Source: Octopus vulgaris
Taxonomy: Eukaryota
Assembly: GCA_951406725.2 (NCBI GenBank)
Contig: OX597840.1
Span: 26,908,001 to 26,972,000, forward strand
Length of the DNA: 64,000 nt
Direction: 5' to 3'
Part shown: in pieces, positions 1 through 14,717 of the stretch
Position numbering within the stretch: position 1 is the first letter of the stretch
Layout of the letters: each line of letters begins with the position of its first letter
The notes under the pieces: model-generated
Seen by the model: only the letters and a program-made list of their open reading frames with translations
What the model was told of the DNA's origin: nothing
Database searches by the model: none
Position numbers and translations under genes: made by a program

Positions 1-136
1 TTTCCAATCAAACGGACCATGCACATTCTTATCTCTATTTCGTTTGCCAACATTATAAAGTGGGTAGATATATAGACAGAGAGGTCGATTTCATTCCTAA
101 GAACATGATAGTAGTAAATTTACTCTCTGACTGAGA

Positions 137-290
<154 letters not shown>

Positions 291-1080
291 CATTAGAAGC
301 ACGCCCTCTCTACTCCACATCCGTCTGTCTAGAGAGGCCATGCCGTTAATGATATCGCAAATGGCAACGAAAGGACTTTGATAAACGCAACTGATCGGCC
401 AACCAGAAAATTAACCAAACAATCGAATCATTAATTAGTTAAATGTTAACGAATTGACTAATAAAAATGAAAGAAGTGATTTAATACCAGTGTGTGTGTG
501 TCTGTGTGCTTAGTATTGCTATTATGACTCTCTAGAGATACAACTAAATAACATTATGTAACGTATAAAAAATTCTGGTTTAAAAAATAAAAGAAAAACC
601 CAATACATGAAAGAAATGCAATTATCAAATTGATAATAGTGTTTTTTGTTGCATTTCGTTATTTTCTAGAAAAACAATAAATGAAAAGATAAAAAAAAAT
701 GAGCAAACAAATTTTGGAAATGTCATTTTTGTAATTAACATGTTCAGATAATTTTAATTGCGAAAAACATTTCACATAAACGTTTATCTTTGACGACGGC
801 AAAGCTGGAGCACCGCCTTGAAGAATTTTTAGACGACTAAATCGACTCCAGGGCTTATTTTTTTGGTTTTTAAAGCCTAGTACTCATTTTATCGATCATC
901 TTTGCCGAACGGCTATGTTATAGAGATGTAACCCCGCTCCCGACACCAAGCAGTGGTGGGGTACAGACAGAGACATAAAGATACACACAGGTACTTACAC
1001 ACACACACACACAAATGCAAACACACAAACACACACACAAACACACACAAGCGCACACACAAACACAAACACACACACAC

Positions 1081-1365
1081 AAAGTCGACCTCGGCGGAAT
1101 TTGAACTCACAACGTAACAGCAGACAAAATATCTATTTCTTTACTACCCACAAGGGGCTAAACACAGAGGGGGACAAAGAAGGACAGACATAGGTATTAA
1201 GTCGATTACATCGACAGCAGTGCATAACTGGTACTTAATTTATCGACCCCGAAAGGATGAAAGGCAAAGTCGACCTCGGCGGAATTTGAACTCCGAATGT
1301 AGCGACGGGTGAAATACCGCCAAGCATTTCGCCCGCCACGCTAACGATTCTGCCATCTCGCAGCT
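1081..1365 (-). mobile_element. tRNA-derived SINE family C, one full unit plus the start of a second unit
   Basis: Minus strand has an A-box-like TGGCAGAATCGTT and a B-box GTTCAAATTCC. The central GACTTTGCCTTTCATCCTTTCGGGGTCGATAAATTAAGTACC resembles my recollection of the Meta/MESC SINE domain. The same sequence occurs at 7463 and 57555. Confidence 0.85.
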
Positions 1366-1369
1366 TTCA

Positions 1370-1438
<69 letters not shown>

Positions 1439-2094
1439 TGATGATGATGATGATGATGATGATGTCTGAAACAGTACCTATCCTTTTAGAACACTTAATT
1501 TTATGTTACATATAAGCAATTTGATATATGTATAAGTAGAAATAATAAAGAGTTGAAATTGTTATCAAATTATTCAATATGTTTATTGTTGCATTGTTGT
1601 TGTATTTCCTTATTTTCTCCAAAAGTCACAAAAATAAAAAAAAAATTAAAAAATATAAAATAAGTAAGAACCAAAATTTCAAAATTGTAATTTTTCAATT
1701 AGAACGTCCAAGCAATTCTATCCGCAAACATTTCTGACGACAGGAAATAATGAAATCCAAACATACAAACACAACAAGTCGTTTGATATGTTGTTGTTGT
1801 TGTTGTTGCCTAAATTTTGCTTGTTTGCTTTTGTTTCAATAGCAAAGACTACGTAGAACCATTTCCTTAATAAAATTATAATAACGTGTTCAGTTATTCT
1901 GTTTCTGGTGGTTAAATTCTTTGGTACGTAACGCTCTTTGCTCCGAAAACTGCGGTAGAGTTAACCATTTCGTTTGAGTGTTTGTATTCATCTGCTAAGA
2001 TTTCTGAGGCGAACTCTCGGAAAAGATTGATAAATTGTACTACTTGTGTACTGGGATCGATGTAGTCCGCTTTATTCGCCTCTCAAAATTGTTA

Positions 2095-2175
2095 GAACAC
2101 AACGCATCGCCCGGTCCAGGAATCGAAACCACAATCTTAAGATTATGAGTCCAACCACTAAGCCACGTGCCTCCA
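2095..2175 (-). mobile_element. SINE family B tRNA head fragment
   Basis: Reverse complement GGAGGCACGTGGCTTAGTGGTT...GTTTCGATTCC matches the head at 8615. Confidence 0.7.
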
Positions 2176-2639
2176 CAAGAGTAAAGTATCGTACTGAATG
2201 TGATTGGTGCCTTAGCTCTATACCGATTCCAATAAGGAATAAATCATTTCTTTGGCTTCTGTTCAGGTGGCATAGTATTCTTTATTTAGCGTTTTCGTTC
2301 TTCATTTGGCATCGCATCGATTGTTCCTTCTTGAGTTTGGAAATAGTTTTGCCAAATATAGCCGAGAGTATTTCATGAAGAATCGAAATAACAAGGGAAC
2401 GGTCATAAATATAGGCCAGTGTCGTTGTGGTTTCCATATTTTCTTTTATTTTCACCAAAAGTATGTTCCATTTTTCAAGTTCTGTGGTCCCTGATGCATG
2501 TTTATTTTTTCTTACCATATTTCTTTTAGGAATACTCTGAATTTGGTTTCAGGTAATTTTGTAAACTATGAAAAATTTATTCGAAAACTTTTGTCGTGAT
2601 TAAGGTGGTGTTTTGAGCATAGATAGACAGGAAATGGAC

Positions 2640-2910
<271 letters not shown>

Positions 2911-2911
2911 A

Positions 2912-2975
<64 letters not shown>

Positions 2976-3157
2976 TTATAGGATCTCATTAATATATAAT
3001 ATGACTTTTAAAATCTGGATTTGTATTATTATCTTATCTATTGATTTATATAATATTTTTGTATACTTTTGATGTTCCTATTTGTAAAAGGAATAAATAA
3101 TCTAACATTATAATATCCGTAAGTTGATGAAACAAACTAAATTTGTTTCTCCATTTT

Positions 3158-3202
<45 letters not shown>

Positions 3203-3210
<8 letters not shown>

Positions 3211-3336
3211 TAAAGGACTGAGCACTAAAAGTGGACAGTCAATATGCTAGATATAGACGTCAAAATCGCTATTTTCCACGAAGACTGTGTTCTCAAGAAA
3301 AAACTCAGCACAAAACCAAAGTGTAAAAAATAAGCA
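3203..3336. mobile_element. (TA)n-abutting repeat terminus, probably Penelope-like; same family as 41590-41950
   Basis: AAAATTTAAAGGACTGA.CACTA.AAGTGGAC..TCAA.ATGCTAG.TATAGACGTCAAA is shared with 41590 and more loosely with 12835. Confidence 0.5.
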
Positions 3337-3434
3337 AGGAGTGGCTGTGTGGTTGGTTAGAAAGCTACTTACCACACAGCCACTCATTTTTTACACTTTG
3401 GTTTTGTGCTGAGTTTTTACTTGAGAACACAGTC

Positions 3435-3680
3435 TCGGTTGTCAAGCAATGCTAGGGGAACAAACACAGACACACAAACACACACACAGACATATATATA
3501 CATATATATATATACATATATACGACAGGCTTCTTTCAGTTTCCGTCTACCAAATCCACTCACAAGGCATTGGTCGACCCGAGGCTATAGCAGAAGACAC
3601 TTGCCCAAGATGCCACGCAGTGGGACTGAACCTGGAACCATGTGGTTGGTTAGCAAGCTACTTACCACACAGCCACTCCT
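3435..3680 (-). mobile_element. SINE family A, partial
   Basis: Matches the family-A sequence at 3959-4372. Confidence 0.85.
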
Positions 3681-3929
3681 GTATATATACATATACACAC
3701 ACACATATATATATGTGTGTGATGTGATGTGTTGCGAAGTTATGGAATGAAATCCTATAAAACTCAACAATTTAGTTAAAAATAGAGAAGAGAAGTTGTT
3801 AAAATATATAAGAGAATTTGATTTGAATTCGTCTCGACAATCATTGCGTCCAGAGATATAAAAATAATGCAAGTTCATGATTAAATTAAATTGAATTAAA
3901 TTAATTAAATAGAGAGATTATATATCAAT

Positions 3930-5451
3930 GTGGATGGAAGCACTCCGTCGGTTACGACTCTCTTTACTCTTTACTCTTTTTACTTGTTTCAGTCATTTGA
4001 CTGCGGCCATGCTGGAGCACCGCCTTTAATCGAGCAACTCGACCCCGGGACTTATTCTTTTGTAAGCCCAGTACTTATTCTATCGGTCTCTTTTGCCGAA
4101 CCGCTAAGTAACGGGGACGTAAACACACCAGCATCGGTTGTCAAGCAATGTTAGAGGGACAAACACAGACACACAAACACACACACACGCATATATATAT
4201 ACATATATACGACAGGCTTCTTTCAGTTTCCGTCTACCAAATCCACTCACAAGGCTTTGGTCGGCCCGAGGCTATAGTAGAAGACACTTGCCCAAGGTGC
4301 CACACAGTGAGATTGAACCCGGAACCATGTGATTGGTAAACAAGCTACTTACCACACAGCCACTCCTGCGCCTACGACGACGAGGGTTCCGGTTGATCCG
4401 ATCAACGGAACAGCCTGCTCGTGGTGAAATTAACGTGTAAGTGGCTGAGCACTCCACAGACACGTGTAACCCTTAACGTAGTTCTCGGGGATATTCAGCG
4501 TGACACAGAGAGTGACAAGGCCGGCCCTTTGAAATGGAAGCACTCCGTCGGTTACGACGACGAGGGTTCCGGTTGATCCGAATCAACGGAACAGCCTGCT
4601 CGTGGTGAAATTAACGTGTAAGTGGCTGAGCACTCCACAGACACGTGTACCCTTAACGTAGTTCTCGGGGATATTCAGCGTGACACAGAGAGTGACAAGG
4701 CCGGCCCTTTGAAATGGAAGCACTCCGTCGGTTACGACGACGAGGGTTCCGGTTGATCCGATCAACGGAACAGCCTGCTCGTGAAATTAACGTGTAAGTG
4801 GATGAGCACTCCACAGACACGTGTACCCTTAACGTAGTTCTCGGGGATATTCAGCGTGACACAGAGAGTGACAAGGCCGGCCCTTTGAAATGGAAGCACT
4901 CCGTCGGTTACGACGACGAGGGTTCCGGTTGATCCGATCAACGGAACAGCCTGCTCGTGAAATTAACGTGTAAGTGGCTGAGCACTCCACAGACACGTGT
5001 AACCCTTAACGTAGTTCTCGGGGATATTCAGCGTGACACAGAGAGTGACAAGGCCGGCCCTTTGAAATGGAAGCACTCCGTCGGTTACGACGATGAGGGT
5101 TCCGGTTGATCCGAATCAACGGAACAGCCTGCTCGTGGTGAAATTAACGTGTAAGTGGCTGAGCACTCCACAGACACGTGTAACCCTTAACGTAGTTCTC
5201 GGGGATATTCAGCGTGACACAGAGAATGACAAGGGCGGCCCCTTGAAATACAGGTACAACAGAAACAGGAAGTAAGAGTGAGAAGAGAAAGTTGTGGTGA
5301 AAGAGTACAGCAGGGATCACCACCATCCCCTGCCGGAGCCTCGTGGAGCTATAGGTGTTTTCGCTCAATAAACACTCACAACGCCCGGTCTGGGAATCGA
5401 AACCGCGATCCTACGACCGCGAGTCCGCTGCCCTAACCACTGGGCCATTGC
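3930..5451 (-). mobile_element. tRNA(Arg)-like SINE family D with a five-copy tandem 3' tail
   Basis: Minus-strand head GCAATGGCCCAGTGGTTAGGGCAGCGGACTCG...GTTTCGATTCCC near 5451. Tail units start at + positions 3936, 4536, 4716, 4892 and 5069 (176-181 bp). Confidence 0.9.
3959..4372 (-). mobile_element. SINE family A, complete, nested in the last SINE-D tail unit
   Basis: Head GGCGCAGGAGTGGCTGTGTGGT, internal (TA)/(TG) tract, (GTAAAAGA)n tail. Flanked by TACGAC at 3953-3958 and 4373-4378. Confidence 0.9.
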
Positions 5452-5499
5452 AAGAAGTATAAACAAAATTGTAAAAATGTTGTGTTTACTTGTTGCACT

Positions 5500-7460
5500 G
5501 AAACAAGCAAAAGAATGAAATTTTAATCTGAATATTTTTAATCCTATTCTTAAATTAATTTCTGTTGAAACACTCTAGGAATTTATTAACATAAAATTAT
5601 CATTATTAAGTAGGTGGTTGCAGCATAAATTAGCGGGAAATTTTGATAGAGGGTTTGAATGCAGATCACTATAACCCTGTTGTTACTATATACCTGTTGA
5701 AATAAACCACCATTAAATCAATTATTAATTTTGGAAACAATAATGAGTTTAGCAAATTAATTTTGATGGCAGGGTTTTAGATCATTTTAACTCTTTTTAA
5801 AACCCTTTTTTAAAACCCTTTTTTAAACCCTTATTTTAACTGTTGAAAAACAATTGTTTGTTTCAATTAATTTTGAAAACAAATTAAGAATTTAATGAAG
5901 TAAGTTTATCATTATTAAGCAGGTATTTATAATGTTAATCAGCTTAAAAGTTTGGTGGAAGGTTTTAGATTCCTTTAACACAGAGGTTCTCAAACGTTTT
6001 GGGTCACCGCTCCCCCCTCATGGCCACATAATGCCCTTAACGCCCCACCCCTATTTTTATGTATAAATAAATATTTAATATTTTACTAATCTATATATGC
6101 TATGAATCATTTAATATTTAATATAATATCACATAATTTATATACAATACTATATTATAATAAATTTATAGCATTCCTCAATTTACTTCCCAACGCCTTC
6201 TTTTTCTCTACCGTGCCCCCACCACCCTCTTAGGCACCAGCGCCCACCTAAACTCTCTCAACACCTACTAGGGGGCGGTGGCACCCACTTAGAGAACCTA
6301 TACTTTAACACGTTTGGTAGCATGCTTCTGTTGGAATACTCTGGCGTTATTTCAATTAGTTTTGGAAACAACAAAGAGTTTAGTAAATTAATTTTGTCAA
6401 TGTTAAGCAGGTGCTTGCAACATAAATTAACATAAATCTACATGATGGAGGATTTTAGATAATTTTAATCCCTTTGTTACCATATTTCTGTTGAAACACA
6501 TTCCTTTGTTTCAATTAATTTTGCAAAATGGAAGACGTTAAGAAACTAATTTTGTCATATTATTAAACAGGTATTTATAAGATAAGTCAGCTTTAAACTT
6601 TGGTGGAAGGTTTTAGATTCCTTTAACACATTTCTTAGAATATTTCTATTGAGATACACTCACTGCCATTATTTCAATTACTATTGAAAAATATGGAGAA
6701 TTTAGTAAAGAATAATTTCTCATTATCAAGCAGGTGTTTGGAACATAAACTGACGTGTAATTTTAATGGAAAATTTTAATTTGGACCACTTTAAGATAGT
6801 AAGTATGTATCATAAAAGTAGCGAAGGTATCAGTTGGGGTAGGTGTCAAAAGGGTTAAATCAAATGAAAGATCTGGAAGCTTGATAATACGACAAGGATG
6901 TTTTTGTTGTAAAACACGGATATTGTTTCCGTTAGTTTTCAAAATAATAAAGAATTAATAAAATCACATAGGCATTGTAATCTGGAATTTGGAAGAGAAA
7001 TTTACATGAAATTTTGATGGAAGATTTTCATTTAAATCACTTAAACACGTTTGTGACTTCATTTCAGTCGCAATAAATTCTCTTTAGTTTCAAATAATTT
7101 TAAAGATAATAAAGAATTTTGTAAAATAAATTTATCACTATTAATCTGACATTTTGGGATATAAATTAACATGAAATTTTCATTGAAGGTTTTAATTCAA
7201 AAACACTTTAACACTTTTGTACCAGTTATTCTGTTGAAACACTCTGCCTTTGTTTTAATAAATTTTGAAAACTAATAAAGCATTTAGTACAAGAATTCTT
7301 GGCTTTAAGATGGTATTTAGAGCATGATGTAGTATGAAATTTAGATAGGTTTTAATTTAAATCACTTTAAACCCATTATTTTTTGCTTTATTTTTAATGA
7401 AAGACACTGTATTTATTTATAGTTGAATTTGAAAATTACGAAGTATATAGCAAAATAATT
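5500..7460. repeat. Degenerate ~120-130 bp AT-rich tandem array related to a piggyBac-type MITE
   Basis: Recurring TTCTGTTGAAA...TTTCAATTAATTTTGAAAA...ATTAAGCAGGTG...CATAAATTAACATGAAATTTTGATGGAAGGTTTTA unit. TTAA-TCCCTTTG at 6465 and CAAAAGGG-TTAA at 6847-6858. Confidence 0.7.
5981..6302. mobile_element. hAT (Charlie-like) MITE
   Basis: Imperfect TIRs CAGAGGTTCTCAAAC / TTAGAGAACCTATA. Perfect 8-bp TSD CTTTAACA at 5973-5980 and 6303-6310. A sister unit near 6610-6630 shows the empty site. Confidence 0.85.
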
Positions 7461-7462
7461 GA

Positions 7463-7940
7463 ATGAAAGGCAAAGTCGACCTCGGCGGAATTTGAACTCA
7501 GAAAGTAACGGTAGATGAAATACCTATTTCTTTACTACCCACAAGGAGCTTAACACAGCGGGGACAAACAAGGACAGACAAACGGATTAAGTCGATTACA
7601 TCGACCCCAGTGCGTAACTGGTACTTAATTTATCGATCCCGAAAGGATGAAAGGCAAAGTCGACCTCGGCGGAATTTGAACTCAGAAAGTAACGGTAGAT
7701 GAAATACCTATTTCTTTACTACCCACAAGGAGCTTAACACAGCGGGGACAAACAAGGACAGACAAACGGATTAAGTCGATTACATCGACCCCAGTGCGTA
7801 ACTGGTACTTAATTTATCGATCCCGAAAGGATGAAAGACAAAGTCGACCTCGGCGAATTTTAACTCAGAACATAAAGACAGACGAAATACCGCTAAACAT
7901 TTTGCCCAGTGTGCTAACGTTTCTGCCAGCTCGCCACCTT
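7463..7940 (-). mobile_element. SINE family C multimer (183-bp period)
   Basis: tRNA-like head near 7935. ATGAAAG.CAAAGTCGACCTCGGCG recurs at about 7463, 7648 and 7831. Confidence 0.9.
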
Positions 7941-8050
7941 ATAAGTTAAGATATAATGATATCACTCACAGTAAAAAAAAAAATTAAGATATATTTGAGT
8001 GGAGAAGAGGCGTAGAGGAAGTGGAGAAGAGGCGTAGAGGAAGTGGAGAT

Positions 8051-8097
<47 letters not shown>

Positions 8098-8267
8098 GAG
8101 AAGTGGAAGCAGAAAGAAAGACTTATTGAGTATGAGAAAGAGAAAGACAGAGATGAAAAAGCTACGCAAGAGAACAAGGTGGAGGTTGAGGAGAGGAAAG
8201 TAAATATGGCGTACAATAAAAAGACTGTAAAGAGAGATTAAGTTAAAGAGATAGAGAAGGAAGGACT

Positions 8268-8298
<31 letters not shown>

Positions 8299-8614
8299 GA
8301 TGAGTAAAAGATTTAGTACAATCTAATTTATATAAATTATTTTTAAACATATCTCAAATTTTAATGGCCGTCATTTCAGTTCTACTTATTTTTTAAATAC
8401 TGCGTTTTAGATTCATTTGAAATAGTTATTATCTCTGGCTTAGAATACAGTCTTCAGATTCTGGCAAAAAGACCAAGCAAATACACACACACACACTCAA
8501 AAATATATGCAAAAATAGATACATACGAAGATACATTTTGACGTACATACACAAACTCGCGTGCAGACAGAGACACATATATAGATATAAATACATGTAT
8601 ACAAAGATGCATAC

Positions 8615-8937
8615 GGAGGCCGCGTGGCTTAGTGGTTAGGGCATTCGGCTCATGATCGTAAGGTTGTGAGTTCGATTCCCGGCGACGCGTTGTGTCCTTG
8701 AGCAAGACACTTTATTTCACGTTGCTCCAGTCCACTCAGCTGGCAAAAATGAGTTGTACTTGTATTTCAAAGGGTCAGCCTTGTCACTCTCTGTGTCACG
8801 CTGATTATCCCCGAGAACTACGTTAAGGGTACACGTGTCTGTGGAATGCTCAGCCATTTGCACGTTAATTTCACGAGCAAGCTGTTCCGTTGATCGTATC
8901 AGCTGGGACCCTCGTCGTCGTAACCGGCGGAGTCTTT
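8615..8937 (+). mobile_element. SINE family B (tRNA head plus CORE-like domain) carrying the family-D tail
   Basis: A box TGGCTTAGTGG, B box GTTCGATTCCC, CORE-like CCTTGAGCAAGACACTT...AAAAATGAG. 11-bp TSD AAGATGCATAC at 8604-8614 and 8938-8948. Confidence 0.9.
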
Positions 8938-9099
8938 AAGATGCATACATTTGTACGTTAGTATACAGAGATGTGCGTACGTAAATACATACTCATATGC
9001 AAGCATACACGCACATACATATATGTGTGTGTGTGTGTGTGTATTATTCATTTACTTGTGATTTCTGAAATAGGTGAATATATATTTCTTTTTTCTTTT

Positions 9100-9490
9100 T
9101 TTTACTTGTTTCAGTCATTTGACTGCGGCCATGCTGGAGCACCGCCTTTTAGTCGAGCAAATCGACCCCAGGTCTTATTCTTTGTAAGCCTAGTACTTAT
9201 TCTATCCGTCTCTTTTGCCGAACCGCTAAGTTGCTGGGACGTAAACACACCAGCATCGGTTGTCAAGCGATGTTGGTGGGACAAACACAGAAACACAAAC
9301 ACACACACACATATATATACATATATACGACAGGCTTCTTTCAGTTTCTGTCAACATAATCCACTCACAAGGCTTTGGTCGGCCCGAGGCTATAGTAGAA
9401 GACACTTTCCCAAGGTGCCACGCAGTGGGACTGAACCCGGAACCATGTGGTTGATAAGCAGGCTACCTACCACACAGCCACTCCTGCGCC
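9100..9490 (-). mobile_element. SINE family A, complete
   Basis: Full match to family A. Confidence 0.9.
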
Positions 9491-9763
9491 TATACATTGA
9501 GAAATTCTGCTCAGTCATTGAAAACTTTTACGGTCACCAGGTTAGTATATAATTTAGTGAATACGCAATAAATTCTGGACAACAGAAACATACATACTTC
9601 GAATATCGGTTGGTTTCTTATGATTTCTATATTGAAAGTGACGTTTAGGTAGATCAAATTTAGGTATATCAATTACATAATGTCGCATCAATATATTTCG
9701 GTACGTAGATTTCTATCCTTTTAATCGCACAGCAAGAAACATAACTGTTTATATATATATATG

Positions 9764-10017
<254 letters not shown>

Positions 10018-10020
10018 ATA

Positions 10021-10070
<50 letters not shown>

Positions 10071-10251
10071 GATATATAGATATATGTATATATATATAAA
10101 TATATATATATGTGTATATATATATGGAGGGTTGTGTGTGTGAGCGAAATTCTTATGACAAAGGAACAAGGAGTTATGTCATATAATTTGTTGGCTCTCA
10201 GCTGTTCCTATACATTGAGTTCTAACACAATGTTATTAGTTTTACTATGAG

Positions 10252-10309
<58 letters not shown>

Positions 10310-10534
10310 GCATGTATATATATATTATATACACATATTTATATTTATATATACCAATATACATGTATACTATGTATATATGTACATTATATATATACAT
10401 ATATGATATCTATGTGTGTGTGTATATATACATATATATTTTATAATTACGTGTGTGTGTGTATATATATATATATACATATATATCGACACATTGTATA
10501 TATATGTATATATATAGACATATGTGTGTGTAAG

Positions 10535-10565
<31 letters not shown>

Positions 10566-10579
10566 CTTTTCATCCTTAT

Positions 10580-10629
<50 letters not shown>

Positions 10630-11099
10630 GTATATGCACGTGAAAGCAAACACACGTTTATATGCATAGGCAATTATATGTATGCTTACCATGTTTACAT
10701 ACATCTATCCTTATACATACCAACTTTTGTAAAAACATATATGCACACAAATACGCACACACACACACACACAAACACACACAAACACCTACATACACAC
10801 ACGCATACAGGCGCATATATATGGATGCATATTGTGAGGTGAAAAATTTCCTTCGTTAAGTGTTTCTTCGATACACGTTTTGAAGTTTCTCTCTTTGTCG
10901 TAAAATGGCAAAAAAAAAACAGAAATACACAAAAATAACAGAAATAAAAACAGCAAAAAATATGTTGAAATCGGTGAAATGCCTGGTAAAAGAGATCTTC
11001 ACATCTTAAGTAGGGAGAAAGAAAAAGAAGAAAGACTATGTATTCAGTGCATCTCTTTCACTACCGAACCGTTCATCGCCATCTTTATCACCATCTTCA

Positions 11100-12480
<1,381 letters not shown>

Positions 12481-12767
12481 TATAGATACACACATACACA
12501 TTGAAGAAAATAAATAATGCTGCTTAGAATTTTCTGAAAGTCTTTGAATGGAGAATCAGACAATAAAGATTCCGTCAATTGTCTGGCGTTTAAAAGATTT
12601 TGTTTTCAACTGAAGCGAAAATTTCTTCATATTGCTCAAGCGTCATGTTTGGGAATTTTCAATGGCGTAATATTCTTCGAGTATCGATAATCGATCGCTA
12701 TAGATACATACGCGTAAGTATGTATGTATGTATCCGTCGATCTAAATCTATACCTATCTATCTACTG

Positions 12768-12818
<51 letters not shown>

Positions 12819-13399
12819 TATATATACATATGAGAGGGAAACCACTATTTGGATGCCCTTATGCTAGAAATAGATACACTATGGTTTTACGACTCAGAAA
12901 TGTTCCCAAGAAATAAATTCAGCAAATAACCAAAACGTAATCGAGCAAGACAAAAGAAAAGTAATAAAAATATGGATTATTCACATACATGTTTCACTAT
13001 CACCCTATTACGTAACTTAACTTACGCAAGATATCCGTAGATCTTCGGTGTGACCGTCCAAGTGAATACAATTTGTAGAACTGTATACTTGGACGTCCGC
13101 GTAGTATACAGTACGGCGGGGTGGTTAGATCACAGGTGATCTAAAAGATTAGGTACGCTAGGTAACGGATTACTAAGGCTCCAATATTATTGCCGAGACG
13201 GTCGTTATGGAGCCATTGTAGATTTCCGATGAAAATATGTAACTGTCTATAAAGGAGGCCAGGTAGAGGAAGACCCTAAATCAAGATGTTAATTTCCAAT
13301 TAAAGGGGCAAGACGCTAATAAAACTTATGATGTTAATACAGAGGAAATTATCATGGGGTGCAATGGACGATTGTATATAAACAATATTATGTTGTATG

Positions 13400-13610
13400 A
13401 AGATAAATCTAAGATTACTAAAAATGATATCATAGCCAATAATGAATCTCTGAACGAGGTATAGACAGTAACTGCACGACAATGTGAAGTATATTTGCCA
13501 TTTAAATATGGCTAACCAGCTGGAGAAGATGTTATCCTGGGGCTACAAGCTACAGTAACATCCACCCTTAGTGGTTAGCCATATTTAGATGGTAAATATA
13601 CTTGATATTA
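13400..13610. mobile_element. Dispersed repeat with a ~32-bp inverted repeat (13487-13518 / 13572-13603), probably a Penelope-like terminus
   Basis: AAGTATATTTGCCATTTAAATATGGCTAACCA and its imperfect inverse. A related copy sits at 26965-27095 between (TA)n tracts. Confidence 0.5.
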
Positions 13611-13729
13611 TAACCAGAACAGATAAACTGTGTTTATATACCAATTTTCAACATTAGGAAGGGAAGATTACATACAATTAGTTTAATATTCATACCAGTA
13701 ATTAATTATTTACTTATAAGGTGGTTTCT

Positions 13730-14152
13730 CTCTTTTACTCTCTTTTACTTGTTTCAGTCATTTGACTGCGGCCATGCTGGAGCACCGCCTTTAATCGAGC
13801 AACTCGACCCCGGGACTTATTCTTTGAAAGCCCAGTACTTATTCTATCGGTCTCTTTTTGCCGAACCGCTAAGTGACGGGGACATAAACACACCAGCATC
13901 GGTTGTCAAGCAATGCTAGGGGGACAAACACAGACACACAAACACACAAACAAACACACACACACACATACACACACACACACACACACACATATATACG
14001 ACGGGTTTCTTTCAAGTTTCCGTCTACCAAATCCACTCACAAGGCTTTGGTCGGCCCGAAGCTATAGTAGAAGACACTTGCCCAAGGTGCCACGCAATGG
14101 GACTGAACCCGGAGCCATGTGGTTGGCAAACAAGCTACTTACCACACAGCCA
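13730..14152 (-). mobile_element. SINE family A, complete
   Basis: Full match to family A. Confidence 0.9.
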
Positions 14153-14686
14153 CTTTGTATAAAGATTGTTCTGGGTATTTACTTATGGAATACTGGGGCG
14201 ATAAATCCTTCTATCTTTACTCGAGTTCCAAGCTAAGAATCTGAAAAAAGTCGGAGAAATAAGTTGTGCACAGATACATACATATATTTAACGATGTGCA
14301 CACATAAAATATACACAAATATTTGTACTTTACTGTGGGTTTGTGGTAATCAACTCTTCTAGAAGTGCATGAGGGTGTCCATGTCCCAAGCTTGCGTGTT
14401 TGCTATAATCGGTTATATATATATAAATTACGATAAATGTAATCAAACTAGTGTTTATTTTAGATACGTTGAAATGTATTCTGAGATACAGATAAGGTAA
14501 AAATTTATTTTCACAAGCAGAAAAGCAGAGAGAACAGCAGAGACAGGATAAAATATCCATATAAAGCGGAAAATATTGTCAGCAACCAGTTATGAGACTC
14601 GAACTCACATCCCTTGGATTACCGATTTCACATGCATATACACGCAGGTATATATGCATATATATTTATATACAGATAGCTATGTA

Positions 14687-14717
<31 letters not shown>

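Noticed and set aside
1734-1750. CTGACGA-CAG-GAAA as a hammerhead
   Set aside because: No stem I, II or III pairing.
2282-2518. 78-aa minus-strand ORF in unique-looking sequence
   Set aside because: No recognisable motif or splice support; possibly an old TE relic.
4373-5249. CRISPR array or canonical ribozyme in the 177-bp tandem
   Set aside because: There are no unique spacers and the context is eukaryotic. ACGATGAG...CTCGTGAAA lacks the hammerhead C3/U4 and stems, and GGCCGGC has no HDV P1 partner.
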